Source: an uncultured Hormoscilla sp. (GTDB taxonomy: Bacteria; Cyanobacteriota; Cyanobacteriia; Cyanobacteriales; Desertifilaceae). Taken from it: 64,000 nt of DNA. The stretch covers positions 1,088,001 to 1,152,000 of the forward strand of contig OZ001293.3 of the NCBI GenBank assembly GCA_963921275.4. Direction: 5' to 3'. Position numbers and translations under genes: made by a program. This document shows positions 11,622 through 22,395 of this stretch, in pieces; position 1 is the first letter of the stretch; each line of letters begins with the position of its first letter. The notes under the pieces were generated by a model. That model saw nothing but the letters and a program-made list of their open reading frames with translations, ran no database searches and had not been told where the DNA came from.

Positions 11622-14600
11622 ATGGCAACGATCGCAGGCACGCCGGGGAACGATTTCCTATTGGGAACCCTAGAGTCGGATATCATTCTGGCAGCACAAG
11701 GGAATGACAATATAGATGGGAGTTTGAGTAACGATACCATCTTCGGCGGCAAAGATAATGACTTTGTGCGCGGTGGGGAAGGCTTTGATGAGCTTTATGG
11801 AGACCTGGGCGATGACACTGTCTTGGGAGAGAATGGGTTAGACCTGATCTATGGTGGAGAGGGTAACGACTTCCTGGAAGGAAATGAGCAAAACGATGTT
11901 CTGTTTGGGAACCAAGGCAATGATACGATCTCGGCTGGAGAAAGTAATGACCGGGTGCGTGCAGGCAAAAACAACGACCTGGTGCTTGGCGGTACTGGTA
12001 GAGATACTCTCTTCGGCGACCTGGGAGACGATATCATCCACGGCGGTAAAGACAATGACAGCATTAGAGGTGGCAAAGGGGATGACCAGTTGTGTGGCGA
12101 CCTCGGTGATGATTCCATACTGGGGGATCTGGGTGACGATACCGTCTCTGGTGGGGATGGAGATGACTCGATCGGAGGAGGTAGCGACAGCACCAGAGAA
12201 GATGGTAACGATCGGCTGTTTGGCGAAGCGGGGGATGATACCATCTTTGGTCAGGCCGGGGATGACATCCTCTCCGGCGGTGATGACAATGACCTGTTGC
12301 TGGGAGGCAATGGCAGGGACGAAGTTTCTGGGGATGCCGGTAATGACACGCTCTTTGGTGGTAGCGGCGTAGATACTTTCACAGGAGGTGCTGGCTCTGA
12401 CAGCTTCACAGTCACCGCAACATCTGAGGCGGATGTTGTGCTTGACTTCCAAGATGGTCAGGATTTAATTGGTCTAGCAGAGGGACTCGCCTTTGCGGAT
12501 CTGGAGATTACTCAGGGTACAGGAGCAAATGCCAATGACGTAATTATTGAAGACACCCTCCAAGGCAATGTTTTATTAGTGATCGAGAATGTCAATTTTG
12601 ACTCGATAGACGATACAGATTTCATAGATGTTGCACTCCCCGAAGAACCGATACCACCAACACCAACACCAACACCAACACCAACACCGACCCCAACACC
12701 AACAGGTAATGGTCCCAGCATCGTCGGCGCAGAGGTACTGGTTGCCAATAGTTCAACGCCGATCGGGAATTTAGCCCAACTGACAGGGACTGGCGCTTCC
12801 AGTTTTACGATTAACAATGCTACTGGTAACACTGGTCAAGAGGTATCGGCAGCTTTTGAGATTCAGGGTAGTAACCTCAGACTGGTAAATAGTAACTCAA
12901 GTTGCGACCTATAAAAATTGGATACAAAAAGCTATGATAAAGAGAATTATTTTCAACTCTAATCCCTTAGATGTAACAGCATGAATTGACTTGGGAAACA
13001 AATTGGTGATTCGACTAAAACAGGTTTCAACTTGTTTTCTTGTTACTTTTTGTATATATTCAAAACAAGAATATTCTTTTCTTTTTGAGTTCTTTTTTCG
13101 CAAAGGTTTTAACATTATACTTGACGACTCTTTTAGTAAATTCTCTAATTGATAATCATTATAAGCTTTATCTCCATAAACTATTGAATTTGATGGTAAG
13201 TCAAAGCCAAAAGATTGCAAAACTTTAACATCATTATAACTACCAGGATCTAGATAAAATTCTATTGGCTTTCCATTTTTGTTTACCAACATATGAACTC
13301 TTAATCCATAAAAATAACGTTTTTTACTGGCAATATACCCTCGATATTCTTCCTTGTTATAAATTTGGCATCTATCAATCCTAATATTATCACATACTGG
13401 CACCGGGAAACTATCAAGAATATATTCTTGACCCGGATTGAGCTCTTTAAATGTTTGAGCTATAACTTGGAAGAAAAACATCCAAATTGGTTCCTCAATA
13501 TTGTGTAATCGACGATTGAACCTACTTTTACTTAACAGATTTTTTATATACTTGTGTTGGACCATAAATTGACAAGAGCGATCGTGGTGTCCTCCGAAAA
13601 AATATGCAGCAACTAATCCGACTGTCATCACTTCGGCATTGTTCATTTTTACTTGTGGATCTTCTTTTATATTTAACGCTTTTAGTAGCTCGTCACAAAG
13701 AACAAAAATTGTTGTAATCATATCTTCCATCATCTACATCCCCCAGCAATTAACTATTATTTTAGTACATTATAACCTATAAACAGCCAACCCGCCGTCT
13801 AGCACAAAAAAAATATAATTTTGTATCAAAAGCTACGAAATATCCCAAATATCTGTAAAGTCTAAGTGGGTAATTCATATTTTTTTTAATAGGTCGCAAC
13901 TTAGGTTAAATAGTAGTGTGTTGGCTTCAGGTATATCTGGTAATAGCTCTGTGAATCTGACAATTGCATCACAAGATGCAGAGGGAGGGACTTTAGGCAC
14001 GACTCAATTCACTGTTTACAGAGACATTGATGACGCGATTCGAGATAGCGCGATCTCTGATAACTCTGATATTAGTGATGGGACTGGGCAAGATACTGTC
14101 TTGGTGGCTTCTGGAACCTATGATGATGAGAACTTGCCCAGCAATAGTACCACTACTTTGAAGTTTTCCAGTTTGAATCAGTTTACCCTAATTCCCAATG
14201 ACCTGCCCGAAATTGCTGGGAATATCGATGGGGTACTTGTGGGTACCTCTAGCGTTGACAACCTGACTGGTGGTAGTGGTAATGACCTGTTCCTGGGTGG
14301 CGGTGATGCTGATAACCTGACTGGTGGTGGCGGTGAGAATTACTTTATCTTCACCAACCCATTGGATCGTGGTGACGATGGCGATCGTATCGATGACTTT
14401 ACCGCCGACGATCGGATTTTTGTGGAGGCCACTGCTTTCAGCTTGACTGAGACGGGCGATCGGGGAACTCTCCGGACTACTCGGTTTGCAGAGGGAAACG
14501 ATCTGGATCCAGCCAATCCTGCTGATGGTACTACTGATGATATCAGATTCGTCTACGACAACTCTAATGCTCTGTTATACTTTGACTCCAATGGTGATAA

Positions 14601-14694
14601 TGCCGGCGGCGGCAGACTGATGGCCAGCCTACCGGACGGTTTTGACCTGACTAACGATAACATTGTGGTTTTTCCAGAAACGGCTAAGGTTTAG
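11622..14694 (+). pseudogene. RTX/haemolysin-type calcium-binding repeat protein interrupted by IS982
   Basis: GGxGxD nonapeptide repeats and a PT linker. Removing the IS and one duplication restores RLVNSSVLASG in frame. Confidence 0.88.
12895..13906 (-). mobile_element. IS982-family element with an intact 274-aa transposase (12909-13733)
   Basis: ILDSFPVPVC, YFYGLRVH, YGDKAY, and RKQVET motifs; terminal inverted repeats; 9-bp duplication TAAATAGTA; low GC. Confidence 0.92.
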
Positions 14695-15263
14695 ATTGTA
14701 GCATATAAAAATAAATAAGTCAAGGAAAAATTGTTAGTGGTCAGTTGTCAGTTGCTCCGGACTTGTCCCGTCGGAGAGTCAGTTGTCAGGAGGCATGGTA
14801 CGTGGTCAAGGGAGTAAAATGCCGGAAACACTGGCGGTGGGGCTCCGAGAGGGGATAGGTGAGCCAATTCACCATCTGGTAAAAGGTAAGCTGTAGCGAA
14901 GCGTGCATTCAAATTGCATAGTCCAAAATAGCCGTTCTGGCTGAAACGCTTATGGGTCGAGGGTTGCCTCGACCCATAAGCCCCAATATGCAGTTTAGAT
15001 GCGCGACAGCTTATCAAAAATGGCAGTATAGAAGGCGATTGACTTCTATACTGCCCAAATCCAGATAAATAGCGGTGTCCTCGATCCATATCGGGTAAGC
15101 AGCACTTAGAATAAACCATGGAAAAGTCGTATGCATGGGAGTTTTGGCGTAAGACAGTAAAAATACTCCCACATCCGGGTGACCCCCGCCATCGTTGAAT
15201 CAGCAAACGGTGGCGGGGGATTTAAGGCCCGTTCAGATAAACCCAAAGGAGAGACAAGACAAA

Positions 15264-15575
15264 ATGAATAAAGGCGAATTGGTGGATACAGTAGCTGAGA
15301 AGGCTCAGGTGACGAAGAAGCAGGCAGACGCCGTGCTGAGTGCTGCCTTAGAAACAATTATCGAAGTAGTTGCTGGAGGCGATAAGGTGACGCTAGTGGG
15401 GTTTGGCTCCTTTGAGCCGCGGGAGCGCAAGGCCCGTGAGGGACGCAATCCCAAGACAGGCGATAAGATGGAAATACCAGCTACTAAGGTACCAGCTTTT
15501 TCAGCTGGCAAGTCGTTTAAGGATAAGGTGGCACCACACAAGAAATCCAATGCAGTGGAAGAGGAGCAAGATTAA
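15264..15575 (+). CDS. hup: DNA-binding protein HU
   Basis: MNKGELVD...VTLVGFGSFE.RERKAREGRNPKTG; AGGAG upstream. Confidence 0.95.
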   Translation: MNKGELVDTVAEKAQVTKKQADAVLSAALETIIEVVAGGDKVTLVGFGSFEPRERKAREGRNPKTGDKMEIPATKVPAFSAGKSFKDKVAPHKKSNAVEEEQD

Positions 15576-15585
15576 TCCTTGGTCG

Positions 15586-16773
15586 GTGTCTCCTAGGAGC
15601 GCTACGAGCACTACCCAGAAGACACCGAAGACTCCTGTACATGGGGGGAATTTAGTCTGGGCAGCTGCACTGGCAGGCTGTTCAGCAGAGGAATTACTGG
15701 ATTTCTCTGCCAATATCAATCCTTTGGGACCTCCCGAAACGGCTCTCGCGGCTATTACTGCCCACTTGGACGCCTTGAAAGCCTATCCCGACCCAGATTA
15801 TCAGCAGCTGCGGCAGGCGTTGGCTCAAATGCACCAGCTGCCGCCGGAGTGGATTCTACCCGGCAATGGTGCTGCGGAGTTGCTGACTTGGGTGGCTTGG
15901 TCCTTGTCTCGGTTGGAGGCAACCTATTTAGTCACTCCTGCCTTTGGAGACTACTGGCGGGCACTCCGGGCATTTAATGTCAAGGTGCTGGAGTGTCCTT
16001 TGTCAGTGGTCAGCAGTCGCTGCCTCCTGGGTAGTGCGGTTATGATGTCCCCCGGGTTTCGCCGTGCGTCCGGGGGACATCAAGCTCCCAGGAGGCAGCG
16101 AAAGTGGTCATTAGCTTGGAACTTCGGATCGCAGACATTGGAGAAAGGTTTACTACTCAATAATCCCCATAATCCCACAGGTCTGCTGTGGACCAGAGAG
16201 GAGATTTGCTCCATCCTGGAGAGGTTTGCTCTGGTGGTGGTGGATGAGGCGTTTATGGATTTTCTACCCCCAGACCAGGAGCAAAGCTTAATCCCGGTGG
16301 TACGGGATTATCCCCATTTGGTAATCCTGCGATCGCTCACCAAGTTCTACAGTCTGCCGGGACTGCGCCTGGGTTATGCGATCGCCCATCCAGACCGGCG
16401 GCAACAGTGGCGTGCTTGGCGCGACCCCTGGCCAGTGAACACCTTGGCAGCAGCAGCAGGAGTGGCCTGCGTGGGGGATACTCAATTCCAACAGCAAACT
16501 TGGTCCTGGTTGCCTCCAACCAGGTACGATCTGTTCGGGGGGTTAGGGTCTTTACCCGGCTTGCAACCTTTCCCCAGTGCGGCTAACTTTTTATTGGTAG
16601 AGTCGGACTACCCCAGTTCCCAGTTGCAGTCAGCTTTACTATTGCACTACCAGCTTCTGATTCGGGATTGTCTGAGTTTCTCCGAATTGGGCGATCGCTA
16701 CTTCCGAGTAGCTGTACGTTCCGTAGCGGACAACCAGCGTTTACTCTCCAGTCTAGCCGACCTACTTTCCTAA
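15586..16773 (+). CDS. cobD: Threonine-phosphate decarboxylase CobD (start uncertain; carries repeat insertions)
   Basis: HGGN, LDFSANINPLGPP, NNPHNPTG, VDEAFMDF, and SLTKFYSLPGLRLGY motifs. Confidence 0.85.
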   Translation: MSPRSATSTTQKTPKTPVHGGNLVWAAALAGCSAEELLDFSANINPLGPPETALAAITAHLDALKAYPDPDYQQLRQALAQMHQLPPEWILPGNGAAELLTWVAWSLSRLEATYLVTPAFGDYWRALRAFNVKVLECPLSVVSSRCLLGSAVMMSPGFRRASGGHQAPRRQRKWSLAWNFGSQTLEKGLLLNNPHNPTGLLWTREEICSILERFALVVVDEAFMDFLPPDQEQSLIPVVRDYPHLVILRSLTKFYSLPGLRLGYAIAHPDRRQQWRAWRDPWPVNTLAAAAGVACVGDTQFQQQTWSWLPPTRYDLFGGLGSLPGLQPFPSAANFLLVESDYPSSQLQSALLLHYQLLIRDCLSFSELGDRYFRVAVRSVADNQRLLSSLADLLS

Positions 16774-16913
16774 TCCCAGTTCTCTATATGGGAGCTACAC
16801 TTTCGCTAGCTGTTAAACAGCTAGCGCCAATTTTTTACTCAGAAAGCTATTATTAGCGATATGTAGCATTTGAAAAAAATAGAGTAATTGGTCGTTATTA
16901 GTCTAAAAAACAG

Positions 16914-18395
16914 ATGACAGTTGAGTACGATTTAGTTGTGATTGGTGGCAGCACTGCTGGTGTGTATGCGGCAACTGCTGCCGCCCAGCTGAAAGCCCGC
17001 GTCGCCCTGGTAAAACCCCAACTGTCTGGGACTCCCAGGGGTGCTATGGTTCCCGATTTCTCGGGATTTCGACACAAGGATTGCCTACACCAGGTGGGAC
17101 GGGTAGCCCAGCTGCTGCGTGAGAGGGCAGGCTTGGGATTTAGCATAAATGTCCCAGCAACGGGTGATGCTAGGGGAATGCAATTTGCTGATGCACAGCA
17201 ATGGGCCGCAACTGTTGAAAGTACCCTCCAATCACAGCAAGAACCAGCTTTGTTGGCGTCTTTGGGGGTAGATGTGATTATCGATCAGGGTGAATTTGTC
17301 TACCACCGGAACCAGCCTGTATTTGCAGTCAGCGATCGCCGTCTGCGCGCCTCTGCCTACTTAATCGCCACTGGTTCAAGTCCGGATGTCCCAGATCTAG
17401 AAGGACTGCTATCTACTGGCTATGTGACGACTGAAACCCTGGGTAGTCTGGAAAAGCTACCGGAAACAGTAGTGGTGATTGGATCGGATCCCGTTGGAGT
17501 GGAACTAGGTCAGACTTTGGCCCGGCTAGGTAGTCGAGTTACACTGGTAGTCAGTAGTCCCCAGATTTTTCCAAAAGAGGATCCAGAGGCGGGACAACTG
17601 ATTCAAGCGCAGTTAGAAGCAGAGGGGATAAAGGTTCTCACCCAAACTGAAGTAACTCAAGCTAAGCTGCTGGAGAACAAAAAGTGGATTCAGGCCGGAA
17701 ATAAGGCGATCGAGGCTGATGAAATTTTCCTAGCAATGGGTCAACGCCCAAGCCTGCCCGATATCACCTGCTTAAATCTGGAGGCGGTTGGGGTCAAGTG
17801 GAACAGCAGGTGCATTCAGACTAATCAAAAACTGCAAACTACTAATCCCCGCATTTACGCCTGTGGAGATATTATTGGTGGCTATCGGTTTGGGCATTTG
17901 GCCATTTATGAAGCCGTAATTGCCTTAAAAAATGCTTTATTTTTCCCAATATTTAATGTAGATTACCTCCCAATTCCTTGGGCAATATTTTCCTCACCAG
18001 AGTTGGCACGAGTGGGGTTGACAGAAGCGCAAGCCAGACGCAGGTATGGTAAGGATGTGTTAGCGGTGCGGCAATATTTTAAGACTGTTGAGGCTGCTGT
18101 TATCCGGGGGGAAACTACAGGTTTTTGTAAGCTGATTGGACGGCGCAATGGTCAAATTTTGGGAGCTACTATTGTCGGACCTGCTGCTAGTGAGTTGATC
18201 GGGACGATCGCTCTAGCGATGGGGCAGAAGATTAAGTTAGTATCCCTGAATCTGGATGCTATTGTCAGACCCACTCTTTCAGAAATTATTTCTCAAACTG
18301 CTCTCGAATGGAGACGCCAACGCTTCACCCACAACACCCGCAAGCAAAATTTCCTTGAAAGCTTCTTTAGTCTGCGTCGTTCTTGGTCAAATTGA
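16914..18395 (+). CDS. Pyridine nucleotide-disulfide oxidoreductase family protein (LpdA/MerA-like, no obvious CxxxxC)
   Basis: YDLVVIGG, IATGS, TTNPRIYACGD, PELARVGLTE, and ILGATIVG motifs. Confidence 0.85.
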   Translation: MTVEYDLVVIGGSTAGVYAATAAAQLKARVALVKPQLSGTPRGAMVPDFSGFRHKDCLHQVGRVAQLLRERAGLGFSINVPATGDARGMQFADAQQWAATVESTLQSQQEPALLASLGVDVIIDQGEFVYHRNQPVFAVSDRRLRASAYLIATGSSPDVPDLEGLLSTGYVTTETLGSLEKLPETVVVIGSDPVGVELGQTLARLGSRVTLVVSSPQIFPKEDPEAGQLIQAQLEAEGIKVLTQTEVTQAKLLENKKWIQAGNKAIEADEIFLAMGQRPSLPDITCLNLEAVGVKWNSRCIQTNQKLQTTNPRIYACGDIIGGYRFGHLAIYEAVIALKNALFFPIFNVDYLPIPWAIFSSPELARVGLTEAQARRRYGKDVLAVRQYFKTVEAAVIRGETTGFCKLIGRRNGQILGATIVGPAASELIGTIALAMGQKIKLVSLNLDAIVRPTLSEIISQTALEWRRQRFTHNTRKQNFLESFFSLRRSWSN

Positions 18396-18602
18396 GAATT
18401 GAGAATTGAGAATTGAAAAAGGTAAATTTATTTATTCATGGGGCAGGTTGGGACCATGTTTCATTCGCAATTTGCCATGTTCTATCTGATGCAAAAGCAC
18501 TGGTAACCGATCGCCGATCGCTGACACTAGCGAATCTCTAGCGACACCAGCGAAATTAGTTCGGAAAAGCGAGCAAAATCACCCCTGTTGTACGTCAGCA
18601 AG

Positions 18603-18778
18603 TGCGGAGGAAGCTGTGACAGAGGAAGCTATAATGGAAGAAGCTGTAGCGGAGGAAGCTATAATGAAAGAAGCTGTAGCGGAGGAAGCTGTGGCGGAAG
18701 AAGCTGTGGCGGAGGAAGCTGTAGCGAAGGAAGCTGTAGCGGAGGAAGCTATAGCGGAGGAAGCTGTGGCGGAGGAGA
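18603..18778 (+). repeat. 15-bp tandem repeat (~11-12 units) reading AEEAV/AEEAI in one frame
   Basis: GCGGAGGAAGCTGTA variants in tandem. Confidence 0.9.
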
Positions 18779-18784
18779 TATCTC

Positions 18785-18960
18785 TTAACCATTGAAGCGG
18801 AACCTGTCAAGGTTAAAGTGGATATCTGTTAACTGTTGAAGCGGAATCTATCAACTTTAAAGTGGATATCTGTTAACTGTTGAAGCGGAATCTATCAACT
18901 TTAAAGTGGATATCTGTTAACTGTTGAAGCGGAATCTATCAACTTTAAAGTGGATATCTG
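18785..18960 (+). repeat. 44-bp tandem repeat x4 (three identical, first divergent)
   Basis: TTAACTGTTGAAGCGGAATCTATCAACTTTAAAGTGGATATCTG at 18829, 18873, and 18917; variant at 18785. Confidence 0.92.
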
Positions 18961-18985
18961 TTGACATAAGAAATAGGAGATTGAC

Positions 18986-19647
18986 ATGAATCTAACTGAA
19001 AATCTAATTGGACCGTATCGTTTCTTGGCCAATTATGAAAACGAGGGGTATATAGTGCTACCCTTAGCATGGGTGAAAGACTACGTTACCTGGACATTTG
19101 GAGATTTCATCCTAGCGGGAAAAGTGAATGCTTGTAAAGTTTCTTTGAGGGCGTCGATTGCCATAATTCGGGCAGGTTTTCGGAAAAGAAGGTTTACGGT
19201 TACGAACCTCTACCTTGGAGCGAGGTAAAAGATCTAAAGAGTGAGAACGGAATTGTCGACTATCTAGACATCAGGGGGGAGTTTTGCACATTCACGTTAT
19301 GCCAACTCAAGACCGACTCTAAGCTGGCAAAGTTCTTTCCGAATGAGGTTCTAGACAAGGTAGTAAGCTATTTCCATGAGGTGTACGAGAAAGTTCAAGA
19401 TAAGACTGGGGACCATTATAGCGGGATCGTGTTGAAGGCTTCTTACCTCCTCCAGGTAACTGAAACAAATGAAAATGCTTGTCTGATCCTTCCAAAAGTG
19501 AAGATATCAGAGAAGTCGCCCAAAAAGGTGAGACCACTTCTAACCACGGTGTTCTATCCTCATAATTTTCATTGGAGCATTCCTGAGACTGGCCAGTTTG
19601 CGGAAGAGATAGAACGTCTCCAAGCTCTCCGGAAGAAAGTGTCTTAA
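18986..19647 (+). pseudogene. Hypothetical ~220-aa protein split by one frameshift near 19175
   Basis: AGGAG RBS; the second frame is open from about 19177 (FSEKKVYGYEPLPWSEV...) into ORF 19381-19647. Confidence 0.55.
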
Positions 19648-19648
19648 C

Positions 19649-19711
19649 TAAAAGAAAACTTTCCCTCGAAAGGTAAAAGAAAACTTCCCCTTTGAGGGAA
19701 AGTTTTCTTTT
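19649..19711. terminator. Long inverted repeat, likely terminator
   Basis: TAAAAGAAAACTTTCCCTCGAAAGG...CCTTTGAGGGAAAGTTTTCTTTTA directly after a stop codon. Confidence 0.55.
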
Positions 19712-19734
19712 ATAATAGAACTTGGAATCAAAAG

Positions 19735-20208
19735 ATGGCTTTAGACCTTATGTTTATTATCCAAGTGACCCAGAATCTAGGTTTTTTATTTCCTCTCAAT
19801 ACGAGAGAGACAATAACATCTCTATATAAATCTCAGGTTGTAAGTAGATATAATTTTCAAGGCAATCTCATAGAGACTTATGCTGGATTTAGTACGAGTC
19901 TCTATACTCAAATAGATCGTTTCCTTTTTTCTCAAGCAATCAGCGATCTGCGAATAGCTATGCTTCTAGAAAGCCAATGCTCTTACTGTTCCATTAACAC
20001 CATAGCAATAGGGTATTATCTAGATTATTGCTCAAAAAAACAGCAATTACCTAAATGGAGTGAAATGCTCAAAGCCTGTAAACATTACGAAATCATACTT
20101 ATTAGAAAGAAGTGGGCTTTGTTAAAACAGCAAAACAGTTCCCGAAAACGTATAATAACTATTCCTCCTGTTACACCTACTTTAAGGGGGATCTTTAACC
20201 TTTTGTAG
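19735..20208 (+). CDS. Hypothetical protein, AT-rich
   Basis: 157-aa ORF with no recognised motif. Confidence 0.45.
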   Translation: MALDLMFIIQVTQNLGFLFPLNTRETITSLYKSQVVSRYNFQGNLIETYAGFSTSLYTQIDRFLFSQAISDLRIAMLLESQCSYCSINTIAIGYYLDYCSKKQQLPKWSEMLKACKHYEIILIRKKWALLKQQNSSRKRIITIPPVTPTLRGIFNLL

Positions 20209-20264
20209 TAACATTGGGTTACATTAAAGGGGAGAATAAACCTTACTAGACCTTACTAGACACT

Positions 20265-21740
20265 ATGACTTATAGAGCTTTACACAAACCTAATCAATTG
20301 ATTTACGGTACAGGGCAAACAGCAGTAGTCACGGGCTGGACTATCAAGCAAGCAGTTGCTAAACATTTGCATGTGACTGAATTTGCTGTAATTGGTCAGC
20401 TATACAGCCCGACAAGAGGCATTAGTCTGCTAGTCAGGAATTTGTTAGCTAATCCCCACGTGCGTTTCTTAGTAGCACTAAACGCTACCAAAGAAGATCG
20501 GAATGCTGGTGGAATAATCTGTTTGTTGGATTTCTTCCGCAACGGGTTTACAGAAGGCAAAAGTGATACAAATCGCCCCTGCTGGCTCATTAATTCTTCC
20601 ATCCCTGGCTACATTGATATAGAAATCGATCCTAGCATACTACTTCAGCTGCGAGAGTCGGTAGAATGGCAAGAGGTATCCTCGATCGCCCAAGCAGTCA
20701 GTCAAGTTAAGTTATACGCGCAACGCGGTGTAGTTCCACCTTGGGGTTCGCCGCAGGAATTTCCTCTGACTGAGATCGGGAGTAAGATATTGCCTGGACC
20801 CCGTTACGGACATAGAATTGAAGGTCAGACGATCGCCCAAACTTGGGTAAAGATTATTCATAGGATCAGAACTACAGGAACTCTGCGACCTACGGGTTAT
20901 GATGGCCAATGGCAAGAGTTAATTGATTTGATGGCTGTGGTGACGGATGAACCCCATGATTTCTATTTTCCCGAACCAAATTATTTGCCGGTAGAGCGTG
21001 CCTTTATTCAAGAGTACATTCCGCAAATTTTAGATGATGCTCCCTACCGGGAAGGAGTAAAGTATACTTACGGTCAACGCTTGCGGTCCTGGTTTGGACG
21101 AGACCAAATCGAGCAGGTGATCGCTAAATTAATTGGAGAAATTGACGCGGCTAGTGCAGTTATGTCTCTCTGGGATGTGCAGGACCACGAAAAGGGTGGT
21201 AGCCCTTGCTTAAATCATATTTGGGTCAGGGTTGTCGATCGGGAATTGTCTTTGACGGCGACGATTCGCAGTAATGATATGTATATGGCTTGGCCTGCAA
21301 ATGCTATCGGGTTACGGGCTTTGCAGCAATATATCCGAGGTGCGATCGCTTCTCGTTCTGATTATGACCTGAAGATGGGACCGCTGATTACTGTAAGTCA
21401 AAGCGCTCATCTATATGACGATACTTTTGAAAATGCCGATGGGCTGATTAAAACCCAATATGCCAAAATCTGTCAGCAACGAGACTATCACGATCCTACA
21501 GGTAATTTTGTCATTACCGTGCAGTCCGGTAAAATCCTGGTAGAACAAATGACACCTGGTTTGGGAGAGGTAGTTAACCGTTATGAGGGCAGATCCGCCC
21601 TTTCGCTTTATCGGCAAATTGCGGCAGACTGTCAAGGGATGGAAGTGGAACATGCCATGTACTTGGGCACGGAGTTGCAAAAGGCCGAGATCGCTTTGTC
21701 TAGGAAACAGGTCTACGAACAGGATAAACCACTCTCATGA
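20265..21740 (+). CDS. Multidomain ThyA-type thymidylate synthase (MtrA-like N-terminus, DUF4346-like C-terminus)
   Basis: YTYGQRLR, SPCLNH, RSND, and SAHLY motifs; N-terminal LLANPHVRFLV; C-terminal HAMYLGTELQKAE...YEQD. Confidence 0.85.
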   Translation: MTYRALHKPNQLIYGTGQTAVVTGWTIKQAVAKHLHVTEFAVIGQLYSPTRGISLLVRNLLANPHVRFLVALNATKEDRNAGGIICLLDFFRNGFTEGKSDTNRPCWLINSSIPGYIDIEIDPSILLQLRESVEWQEVSSIAQAVSQVKLYAQRGVVPPWGSPQEFPLTEIGSKILPGPRYGHRIEGQTIAQTWVKIIHRIRTTGTLRPTGYDGQWQELIDLMAVVTDEPHDFYFPEPNYLPVERAFIQEYIPQILDDAPYREGVKYTYGQRLRSWFGRDQIEQVIAKLIGEIDAASAVMSLWDVQDHEKGGSPCLNHIWVRVVDRELSLTATIRSNDMYMAWPANAIGLRALQQYIRGAIASRSDYDLKMGPLITVSQSAHLYDDTFENADGLIKTQYAKICQQRDYHDPTGNFVITVQSGKILVEQMTPGLGEVVNRYEGRSALSLYRQIAADCQGMEVEHAMYLGTELQKAEIALSRKQVYEQDKPLS

Positions 21741-21763
21741 ATTCTTTGGGGCAGGATGATATA

Positions 21764-22306
21764 ATGAATATGGAAGCAGAAAGACCAACATGGGACGAGT
21801 ATTTCCTGATGTTGGCTAAGCTGGCAGCTACTCGTTCAACTTGTCTCGCTTTTCCCGTGGGGGCGGTAATAGTTAAAGATCGGCAAGTTCTGGCAACGGG
21901 TTACAATGGTTCCCCGTCTGGTTCAGTTCATTGTACGGCTCAGGGATATTGCTATCCGGGGCTGAGTAGCTGCGATGCTAGTAAGATTTTGCCCTCCCGC
22001 GCTGTCCATGCTGAGGCAAATGCGATCGCCCAAGCAGCCAAGCACGGAATTTCCACAGATGGTGCCAGTATTTACGTTACCTTAGAACCTTGCCTCTCTT
22101 GCTTGAAGTTAATTATTTCTGCAGGAATTCATGAAGTTTTCTATGAAACAATTTTCAACAGTGGAGAAAAAGCCTTAGTGAGAGATTCCTTTATCTCCGA
22201 TGGCTTAGTTACCCTGAAACAAATTTGCCTCGATGAAGCTACTGCTAAAAGAGCAGCTTCATTCCTACTTCATCCCACTTCGGTTAAAAGCGATCGCTGT
22301 GGTTAG
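21764..22306 (+). CDS. dCMP deaminase family protein
   Basis: RPTWDEYF, TGYNG, HAEANA, and PCLSC motifs. Confidence 0.92.
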   Translation: MNMEAERPTWDEYFLMLAKLAATRSTCLAFPVGAVIVKDRQVLATGYNGSPSGSVHCTAQGYCYPGLSSCDASKILPSRAVHAEANAIAQAAKHGISTDGASIYVTLEPCLSCLKLIISAGIHEVFYETIFNSGEKALVRDSFISDGLVTLKQICLDEATAKRAASFLLHPTSVKSDRCG

Positions 22307-22395
22307 TAATTCCCTCACTTCGCTGTTAGCCCGCCGGGGGTTAAAACCCCCGGCTAATAGCTAAAGTCGGTTAAAACCGACTGAAAACCTTATGG

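Noticed and set aside
14748..15206. 152-aa minus-strand ORF upstream of hup
   Set aside because: No recognisable motif or RBS; probably a chance ORF in a regulatory region.
15403..15585. Long N-terminal extension of CobD overlapping hup
   Set aside because: It is an alternative frame of the HU gene; homology begins at PVHGGN.
18588..18810. Gly/Ser/Cys-rich 66-aa ORF and its antisense SFLRY ORF as real peptides (for example a RiPP precursor)
   Set aside because: Both are alternative frames of the 15-bp repeat, whose variation pattern fits the AEEAV frame; no modifying enzymes are nearby.
18785..18960. 44-bp repeats as a CRISPR array
   Set aside because: Units are contiguous with no unique spacers, and no cas genes are present.
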